Source: Octopus sinensis
Taxonomy: Eukaryota
Reading direction: 5' to 3'
Assembly (NCBI RefSeq): GCF_006345805.1
Contig: NC_043005.1
Location: forward strand, 36,394,001 to 36,458,000
Length of the DNA: 64,000 nt
The notes under the pieces were generated by a model. That model had not been told where the DNA came from and did not search any database. It saw only the letters and a list, made by a program, of their open reading frames with translations. This document shows, in pieces, positions 53,416 to 64,000 of this stretch (positions are counted from its first letter, which is position 1; the number at the start of each line of letters is the position of its first letter). A program made the translations under genes and the position numbers.

Positions 53416-54122
53416 TATATTATATTGAGGGTACTACTATTCATAGATACCGCACGCTAAGATTAAAAACAAAATTTTACCGAATGCAAATCTTCAAAGC
53501 AAGTCACTTAAAAAAAGAATTTAGTTACATATCACGCTAACTACTGATAATTTCTTATAAAGATTTTATCCTCAATTGTAAATATATATATATATATATA
53601 TATATAGCATCATGCGACCACGAAAATGAGGGCCTGTGTAGCGTCTTGTGGTGTGTTTGGTTGATGTTAGGAAAAGAATTATTAAAGTATCACAAATTCT
53701 TTTTTTTGGAAGAACGAAGTCTGAAGTAAATTCGTAATCCTACATGAGAACGTGAAATATTTCAGCTCCTTGCGATTTCCCTCGAACATTCAAAGTAGCT
53801 TAATTTACGACAAAATATTATTATACCTCATATATCGATATCTGCTTTTGAGTTTTCTCTGGTGATTTCTTTTGAAGTATATCACTTTTAATCTACTTGA
53901 ATTTTAACAATTATATTCGATTTTGATTCGATACGCGTGTTTGAGGTGTTAGTTGGCTGGCGGTCTGGTCGGTTGATTTTCTGGTTGCCTGACCTATGTG
54001 ACAGGTGGTGGTGTCTGATTGATTGTGGTACAACGGTAAGGTGGCTGACTTATCAGTCGGTTGGTAGAGAGATCTAATTCTTTTAGCGAATCAAAGAAAA
54101 TCAAAATTCGAAAACAAGCAAC

Positions 54123-54159
<37 letters not shown>

Positions 54160-54163
54160 TAGC

Positions 54164-54230
<67 letters not shown>

Positions 54231-54973
54231 GACAGTAAACAACCAAGAGATAAACTAAAACATCAACACTAATAACAAAAACGATGACATCACAAAATAT
54301 TAGTAAAAACAACAGCTACAGTAAACGCAACCAAATAGAACTTGCCCCGTCCTTCCTTAAAAACACACACGCAAACACACAAAACAGTTATAACACTAAC
54401 TCATCGATTGATTACATAACAGTCACTCAAATGTGTATGTGTGCACGCTTGAACATACGTGTAACAGTATATACACGCATACATACACAAATACGCACGT
54501 TGCATACGTACATGATTATAGATACGGACACATATTCATAAGCACAGACACACGCACGCTCGCATACGCACATATATATAAATATATAAATATAAATAAA
54601 TATATATGTATATTATACATATATATATATATATATATATATATCATACTCATATATACAGCACACAAATATTTTTTATTAAATAAGCAACGGTAATAAG
54701 AAATCAATTGCGTTGCACTCGGGTGCACACACACGCAAATACAAACTTATACTAAAAAAAATAATTGAACAAGCACACATTTCTCATACGCACTCAAATA
54801 CTCGTTTTTTTTGTTTTGTTTTTTCACTCATGACAGAAACATAAATGTGTATAACCTTAATATAGGTATATGTATATATATATATATACATAAATATATA
54901 TATTTATATATGTATATATATATATATATATATATTACATATATATATATATATTATATATATATATATATTA

Positions 54974-55035
<62 letters not shown>

Positions 55036-55275
55036 GATAGATATATATACACATATATACATACATACATATATATATACATACATATATATACAAACAT
55101 ATATATATATATATACACATTATATATGCATTATACACATTTATATACTTGCTTATAAATATACTCATAAATACACACCTTCAAACCGCACGCGCGCACA
55201 CACACGCACACACACACGCACACACACACACACATACACACATCTATGTATATATGTATAAAGTTCACGCTATAT

Positions 55276-55477
55276 CATCACCAACGACATCGTCAGTGCC
55301 GGCATCATAGCAACCACCACCACCATCATCACCACCATCACCACCATCACCACCATCACCATCATCACCACCACCAACAACAACACCATCGCCATCTTCA
55401 TCCCCACAATCATCATCATCATCACCATCTTCATCAATCACTATCATCGTCATCATCATCATCATCATCATCGTCAT
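55276..55477. repeat. (CAC/CAT/AAC) compound trinucleotide repeat
   Basis: Directly visible; source of the poly-H ORF. Confidence 0.9.
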
Positions 55478-55735
55478 GACTTACAAGAGCAATGAAATCG
55501 ATTAATTACATATCTTTGGTGTACACACAGCCAAACTCGAGCATTCCAATACACATACCCAGATACAGACCTAGAAACGTACACATGCACGCTGTCATAT
55601 TTGTGCACACACACACACACACACGTATATATATATGTGTGTGTGTATATGTGGGTTTATATATGTGCCTATATAATATAGGTGTGTGTGTATATATACG
55701 TGTTCGTGTACATCTACATATACATATACATATAT

Positions 55736-55783
<48 letters not shown>

Positions 55784-56072
55784 ATATACGTATATATATA
55801 TATATATATATAATATATATATATAATATATATATATATATATACGTATATTATAAATATATATATATGCCAAGTTTGTATTAAATCAATTTTAATTAAC
55901 ATAATCTTAGCTTTAGCTGCTCATTATCGACTGAGAAGAGGAGGAGAAGTGGAAACGAAGGAAAGAAAGGAGAGGTGCTAAAACGGTGTTCTAGTTTGGG
56001 AGAGGGTCGCTAGCGGCAGTGTGTGTGTGTGCGTGTGTGCGTGTGCATGTGTGTGCGTGTGTGTGTATGTGC

Positions 56073-56116
<44 letters not shown>

Positions 56117-56794
56117 GTTTGTGTATAGGTGACAGATTTCTGAGAGGGCAGAACGACCTGAGTTATAAGTAATCGAATCACTTCCGGCATGCATGCTTTG
56201 CACAACATATTGTTGGCTAATGTTGTCCTCAGCAGCAAAAACCGCTACCACAACCGCCGCCGCCGCCGCCTCCAACACCAGCACCACCACCAGCACCACC
56301 ACCGACACCACCACCACCGCTACCACCACCAGCACCACCACTTCCACCACCACCACTGTCACGCGACGATCACCGTTCGTCGTCATTATCATCAAAGGTG
56401 ATATCTCTAGGTGTCTATGTGATATATGTAAAGATTCAACCGATGCGGAAATCATAGATTACATGACATAACAAATGAATCATGCAACGCACACACACAC
56501 ATAATAATATATAATCAACATACGCTATCACATAATACGTAATCACGCATATATACATACATCCATACATATATATATAGAGAGAGAGAGACGTCTGTAT
56601 GTATGTGTGTGTATTTCTGAGAGAGAGAGACAGAGAGAAAAATATATTCATACATAAATCTTAAAGGGAACTTAGTAACATCAGATTATTTATTTATGAA
56701 TAACGCATATATGTAAATATTTTTTATTCAACAATATTGCAAGACACTTCTCTCTCACTCTTTTTTTTTTTTTTCTTTCTCGATATATATATAT

Positions 56795-56990
56795 TATTTT
56801 TTACTTGTTTCCGTCTTTAGACTGTTGGAATAAATACTGCCTTGAGGAGTTTTTAGTCGAAACCTGGGGTTATTTTATTAAGCCTGGCACTTATTATGTC
56901 GATCTTTTTTTACTGAAACGCTAAGTTACGGGGATTTAAACACACCAACACCAGTTGTCAAGTGACGGCGGAGGACAAACACGCACGCAC
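56795..56990 (-). mobile_element. SINE family B, 3' module
   Basis: ttttacttgtttcc...ttttagtcgaaacctgggg...cgctaagttacggggatttaaacacaccaacaccagttgtcaag. Confidence 0.8.
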
Positions 56991-57058
56991 ATACACACAT
57001 GCACACACATACAAGTACATATTTATATATAAATGTGTATATACATCTATGTATGTAT

Positions 57059-57091
<33 letters not shown>

Positions 57092-57275
57092 TTATAGAAA
57101 AATACAAAATGGTACAAGAACGCAAAACATCCAGACATACGATACCAAAAACACTGACGGGTCATTCGAAGCCTCTAATCTTCAGTCAGGAACCGGATCA
57201 TCCTCGCAGTTTCGACTGATTAATCTTGAGATTGCTCCAATCTGGCCAGCCCCCCAAAAAACTAAGCTAAGAACA

Positions 57276-57895
57276 TTAGATTCCAGGTCACCCCATATGT
57301 TCTGTCCGATTTTAGCTTTTTAAAAACTGAATGAAATTTAATAGTATTTTAGAATGTCTAATAGAATTGAAAATTATTTTTATGCACTTGTATACATTTA
57401 AACTAATTAAATATTATTTTACAGAATAATAGAATTAAAATTTCTTTGATTAAAACACTTTCTAACAAGGAAGTATCCAAAGAGCATTTAAGGCACATAA
57501 TGCTTTATAAGTACAAAAAAGGAAACTCTGCAGCCGAAGTGAAGAAAATAAGAGCTGCTTTAGTGAATCGAAAAGGAGTGATGTTTCATCTGGACAATGC
57601 ACGACCCCACCCTGCAAAGATCACATCACGGAAGATCGAAGAGCTTGGTTGGGAAAAAAATTCCTTATTCTCCCGACCTTGCTCCTTCAGACCATTTGTT
57701 TCGTAGTTTACAGAATCACTTGGGTGACATAACGTTCGCAAGCCAGGAGGAGGTCGAAACCGAGATTTCAGAGTTCTTCGCTTTGAAACCAAAAGAATTT
57801 TACATTGATGGGATTAAAAAGCTTGTAAATAGACGGAAGGAAGTCATAGATAATGAGGGAACATTGATGAGTAAATGATCACCTGATATATATAC
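57276..57895 (+). mobile_element. Internally deleted mariner (D,D34D) transposon; transposase pseudogene
   Basis: KEHLRHIMLYKYKKGNSAAE (N-terminal HTH start) is fused directly to LVNRKGVMFHLDNARPH...ELGWE. After a frameshift comes YSPDLAPSDHLFRSLQNHL...FYIDGIKKLVNRRKEVIDNEG. These are mariner signature motifs, most like the mellifera subfamily. TIRs are only partly recognisable. Confidence 0.93.
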
Positions 57896-58256
57896 ACATG
57901 TCTATCTATACACACACACATATATATCCTTCATTTTAAGTGGGAAAATGTTTGAAAAGTCCACACACTAGTGTGGTCATATGGTTTCTCACTTTGCCCC
58001 ACTGCTATTTCGAGGACTTTTAGAATTTAAGCTGCAACCTCAGCATACCAAGTTACCATGACCACTCACGAAAAGGAACCTGTGTTCCAGCAAAATGAGC
58101 CTGAGGCATCCGATTCTTGTTTTACACTCCTATATAGAGGGCTAGCTAACCGTAGCTGGGAGCTGTGGGTAGAAAGCTGATGCACCACACACCGACAAGC
58201 ACGACTATCACAATGCCACTGCGCAGATGTTTCATACTGAAGCTATGTACAGCACA

Positions 58257-58700
58257 CTTAGAAAATTCATATCCACCCTGGGTACAATACCGCTACAACA
58301 CTACAATATATAATCAATGTGGGTAGAACACACATGGAGATAAGCAATTCATACCCCGCCTGGGTATAGCTGATTCAGATCTAGACAATACATAACCACA
58401 TTGGATATAGCGCACTTGGAGATAGACAATTCATACCCACTCTGGGTACAGTACACCTGGATCTAGATAATACATACCCGCCCTCAGTACAGTACGCCCG
58501 GAGAAAGGCAATTGATATCCACCCTGGGTACAACACACCCACATCTAGACAATGCATAACCACCTTTGGTACGGCACAATCGGTGACAAGGGATTCATAT
58601 TCACTTTGGGTACAGCACACTCACACAAAGAGAGTTTTATACCCAAACTTGTAGAGTATACCTTCCCATAGACGATTCAGACATTCTCTGTATAGCTCAC
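58257..58700. repeat. Diverged 41-bp minisatellite (~11 units) with alternating A/B dimer structure
   Basis: Units start at 58257, 58298, 58339, 58380, 58421, 58462, 58503, 58544, 58585, 58626 and 58667. Consensus is about agacaattcatacccaccctgggtacagcacac. Confidence 0.9.
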
Positions 58701-59195
58701 CCGTAAACGGGCGCTTTATATTTATGTACCCTGCGTACAAGCACAACCACACACACACACAGAGCAGAAAGCTGGATAAATAAGCCGGAATGATAGAAAA
58801 TGATGATAATGGTAGTCAAGATAATAAAAGCAATCATAAAATAAATTCTTAAAAGAAGCAGATAAATTGATGAGGGATTCTCAAGAGATAACATTCGACG
58901 ACATGTCAGTTGAGGTGATTACAGCAGAACAGAAACTGGCACGAGGGTGGTGACGGGAGTGATGGTGTAGTTCCACACATTCAAACATACACAGAAATCT
59001 AACGTATAAATGTGTGTTCCTCTGTGTGTGTGTGTACGTATAAATGTGTGTGCGTGTGCGCGACCTACACGCTGCAATTTCCATAAGGTTTATCATGCAT
59101 GGCTCCACTCGCCTGCCTGCTGTTGTCCCTTAAGGTTCCCTTATCAATTTATCTGCTTATTTTAAATTTATTGTAAGTTTCTTTAAATTTTTATA

Positions 59196-59626
<431 letters not shown>

Positions 59627-60193
59627 ATCCTATCTTTCTCTATCTTTTTATTTCGATCTAAACATATTTATTGTTTTACTGTGCTTTATATTATAATTTT
59701 TACTTACGTCTTTATGCTTTATTTAATCTTTCGTCATCACCACCACCACCACCACCACCACCATCATCATCATCATCGTCATAATCGCCATCATCGTCAT
59801 TGTCGTCGTTGTCTTCACCACGAAAATTATTATCGTTCATTACTTGTTATTAATATTAATTCAGTTTCTTCTAGAATTAGGCTTGTAACGACGCGCACTA
59901 ATATAGTTCTGTAACCATTCCACGCCGCGACGTATTCCCGAACGAAACAATTCGCCATTGGTTACTTTCATTTCTCTACTAAAACACTAACCCCCCACAC
60001 ACACACACACGCAAATATAATATATATATCGGTGCTTATGTATTCAGATTCTGCTCAATTCTTTGAATTCATCCAGGAAATAATAAGTTGCTCTCCTGGT
60101 AAAAAAATGGAGTTCTTAGCATTGGAAGTTAGGAAACAGGGTTACAAATCATATCATGTTTGTATGTATGAATGCGTATGCGCATATATATAC

Positions 60194-60251
<58 letters not shown>

Positions 60252-60777
60252 ACTGTGTGCCTAGTTTATATGTACGTATATCATTGTGTGATGTAAGCTT
60301 ATGTGTATACAAAGTGTGTGTGTGTGTGCACATTTATGTAATCATGTATGTGTGTATAGGCATGTGCATTGTATGAGTATCTATATTTGGTTGTTTGAAT
60401 TCGTATATGAATGTGAATATTTCTTATGAATGTGTATATGTGTGTGTTTTGTATGTTGGTTTTTCTCTTCCTAACTGGAATCTTAGAGTTTCTTTCGTCC
60501 AGTACATTCTCCCTGCAACAGTACCAATCTTGTAAAGAAAAACAAAAATTTCTCTTGAAAATATCTGAAAACTTGTTCTTTCCTTCATCGTTTTCACATT
60601 TATATACTTCTTGCATTTACATAACTAATAAATGCAATAATAAACAACAATACTGAGTAGAACGTGTAGATTTTCATTGTTATAGATATAATTGCAGTGA
60701 TATATGAACTGAGTAGCTACTTTTTAAAATCAAACTCCAAGTCTCATCATAATTTAATCGAAGCAGGTTGGTATGCA

Positions 60778-60836
<59 letters not shown>

Positions 60837-61559
60837 CAACATTAATTGGTTCTAAAATGAAAATATTTTGGGTACTGGATTTGAAGACTCCCTATCAAAG
60901 ATCCATAGATGTCGTCTTTTTTGTATCAAGTGAGCAGGTGACTTTCCACAACACGGATTATTATTTCAGACCCCCCCCCGACAACTATAAATAATAACAT
61001 GGATGATATTTTCATCTAATTATTGCTTTATATTCCCAAACAATTTCATCCTATCAGTTTCAACATATTCATTTTTAGTCTCTTACTCTATACCAGCTTG
61101 TCCTAGCATCTCATTATTCTTCATGAGGAAGGTAATATCTGGAGGGCTTTCTCTCATATTTAGATGTGGCTAATTAATTCGTTATTGGTTTATACATTGC
61201 CTATATATTTGTGTATCAGTTGATAGTTATAGAAAACCTACATTTACCAGCTCACATTATCTAATTTATCTGTAGAAGTTATTTGGTCGTGATTTCGTAC
61301 AAGTGGATTACGGTGACTTAATCTTCCAGCTGGGATGTTATAAATTTTGCATCACACCATGCTAGCATTTTACTCATGGCTGTTTTCTTCATGAACCGTT
61401 TTTCGTATCCTGTACTCAAGTACAATCATTTCGGTAAAATTGTTTATTGTTATTTTGTTACAATGTTAAATTGGTTCTTCGATGTTCCTTAAAGAGATCT
61501 ATGTCAGCCTTTATTTCATATTCTTCCTCCAATTTATTAGCAATTCTCTAATAATAGAC

Positions 61560-61790
61560 TTGTTTTTGCACAAGGCCAGCAATTTTGAAGGAAATGGGGC
61601 AAGTTGATTACAGCAATCCTGGTACTTATTTTAACGACCCTGAAAGGATGAAAGAGAAAGTCAACTGCGGTGGCATTTGAACTCAGAACGTAAAATGTAG
61701 GAAGAAATACCAATAAGCGTTTTCTACGATACACTAACGATTTTACCTTAACAATGATTTCAATTTTTGGCACAAGACCAGTAATTTCGG
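61560..61790 (-). mobile_element. SINE family A, one copy plus an adjacent tail fragment
   Basis: gcacaaggccagcaatttt...ggtacttattttaacgaccctgaaaggatgaaagagaaagtcaac...atttgaactcagaacg; second tail ttttggcacaagaccagtaatttc. Confidence 0.8.
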
Positions 61791-62511
61791 ATAATGTTTA
61801 TCTTTTTGCACTTACCCTTTATTTATATTTTTAAAAAATTCTCCTACCTTTTCTAAAATTACAAAATCTTTGATTAGATCTTCACTATGAAACCATGGAC
61901 ACTTTGAATTTATATTTTCGATCATACAAACTTCGAATATCATTCGACCAAGTTTACAGTGATTTCTTTTGTGCCGTGAATCATATAACATTTCTGTGGT
62001 ACCCATCATTCTTTTGATGCTCTAAGCACGTACTTCGTTTGCATAATGGTTAACCGAGCGCTTTATGTATCTCTATGAATTACTAATTTGAATTCTTTCT
62101 AGAAGCAAGGAGCTGGTTTCTAACAAAGGAGCCAAGCTCTAGCGCAGAAATTTGGTTAACAACAATAGATGCCACATACTGAACTTTAGAAATTTCTTGA
62201 ATATTTTTTATCGTTCAACTTCCTAAATTTATTTGTAAATTTCGTGTTAGTTTCTACTTCCACATGAAAATCTTAACTTTGCTAGACTGTGGGGCAGGTA
62301 TTTGCTAAAATAGCGAAGAGAACCAATAATCATTGGTATAACTCTAAATTTATAATCAGGTTAGAAGAGCTGCAAAGTTCCAAGTAGTTGTCCTCACGTA
62401 TTCTCTTTCTTCAATTGTATAATAATATCTGATTGTCGATACCCGTGGACGGGCTTAATAAAGCAAACTCCTGGTCAAAACCCAAATGGAATTTATATAT
62501 ATATGTATATA

Positions 62512-62870
62512 CTAGCAGTATCGCCCGGCGTTGCTCGGGTTTGTAAGGGAAATAATTATAAAGCATTTTTAGAGAGTTATAGCCAAAAAATAGCAAAAAA
62601 TGGGGGAAAAAATGATGGTAAATTTTTTTTTGATAGTTAAAAAGGTCGAGTTGCGTCCCCTAGACCATCTGTGGGTTGTGTTTCTGATTGTCGACCCCAT
62701 GTCGAATTTATCGATCTTTTTCAGAACTGGGGGAACTTTTCAAAATTTTCGCTGCGTTAGTTTTGAATTATGACATTGGGCTATGTGTGTGTCAAGTTTC
62801 ATCAGAATCGGTTGAAAGCCGTGGTCAGGGTGAGGGTACAACCAACAGACACACAGACAAACTGCCGTTT
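62512..62870 (-). mobile_element. Non-autonomous Helitron-like element
   Basis: On the minus strand the 3' end is the GC-rich hairpin cccgagcaacgccggg, 8 nt, then CTAG|T, which is the canonical Helitron terminus. The other end runs acagacacacagacaaactgccgttt into (TA)n. The 5' TC terminus is not seen. Confidence 0.8.
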
Positions 62871-62878
62871 ATATATAT

Positions 62879-63257
<379 letters not shown>

Positions 63258-63349
63258 TCATATATGAATAACGCATAGTCTAATGACTAATTCGTCTTTT
63301 GTCTAGGTCACTGGTAATAATAATTTATTTTTATTACCCTATTTACTAT

Positions 63350-63387
<38 letters not shown>

Positions 63388-63434
63388 TATATACACATAC
63401 ACATGCATGTATATGTATGCTTAAATATATATAT

Positions 63435-63650
63435 CCGAGGGGGCACTTGAAAGTTCCTTGCTTTGGGTAAAAGTAAATACAGGAAGATCAATTAATTATG
63501 ATCTTATTCAACATATTTCCCTCTCAGATTCACACACTTAATGCAGCGGTCCTTCAGATTTGCTAAGCCCTGTGCAAAAACTCGGAAGGCTGGGTCTCCA
63601 GCCATGCCTTTCGTGACACCCTTAAAGCAAGGAGCTTTACAGCACCCGCT
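63435..63650 (-). mobile_element. mariner 3' end fragment (second, distinct family)
   Basis: Minus-strand translation KAWLETQPSEF, frameshift, AQGLANLKDRCIKCVNLRGKYVE* (stop at 63504-63506) matches the mariner C-terminal motif. TIR-like cgagggggcacttgaaagttcc at 63436. Confidence 0.85.
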
Positions 63651-64000
63651 CGTGTGTACAAATACACACACACATACATCTATGTATATGTGTGTGTATA
63701 TGTGCGTGTGTGTGTACGTATATATGTATGCATATATATAAATATATGTGTGTGTATATCTATATATAGATAGATATGCATATATATATATACATATGTG
63801 TATATATATTTGTGTGTATGTGCGTATAAAGCTGCTTATAAGTACGTGTGTATATTTTTATAGCCGTAGGTTAGGGTGTGTTCTCAATACACTAGTTTCA
63901 CCCTCATCTATGCTATATCTTGCCAAGATATCATTTATACGTAAATAGAAGACACGTATAATCACGAAGACACAAGCACACACACACACACACAAACACA

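Noticed and set aside
57960-58000. SEKPY linker-like motif on the minus strand
   Set aside because: No Cys/His finger follows; stop codon nearby.
58257-58700. CRISPR array
   Set aside because: Eukaryotic context; the whole unit is homologous, with no repeat/unique-spacer alternation and no cas genes.
61330-61433. Possible exon WDVINFASHHASILLMAVFFMNRF (also 60048-60098 and 30931-31004)
   Set aside because: Isolated, no partner exons or homology; expected by chance in AT-rich DNA.

Overview
AT-rich eukaryotic intronic/intergenic DNA. It is saturated with di-, tri- and tetranucleotide microsatellites and tRNA-derived SINEs. The SINE families and repeat landscape match what I recall of Octopus (coleoid cephalopod) genomes; this is inference, not a database result. 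No protein-coding gene could be identified with confidence, and almost all supplied ORFs are microsatellite read-throughs. Supported content: (i) at least four SINE-like families (A: Meta-like domain; B: CORE-like with internal microsatellite; C: one tRNA head/body with three different 3' tails; D: old and fragmentary); (ii) a Penelope-type repeat carrying a minimal hammerhead-ribozyme core (17774-17809); (iii) a tandem pair of an (AAT)n-embedded non-LTR element; (iv) DNA-transposon relics: a pogo/Tigger deletion derivative, two mariner remnants, a non-autonomous Helitron, a ~255-bp-TIR foldback element and a MITE with perfect 46-bp TIRs; (v) a 41-bp minisatellite with alternating A/B units. 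The 27.1-28.6 kb repeat-free island contains competing, unverified exon models on both strands. Boundaries of degenerate elements are approximate (about 10-20 bp).
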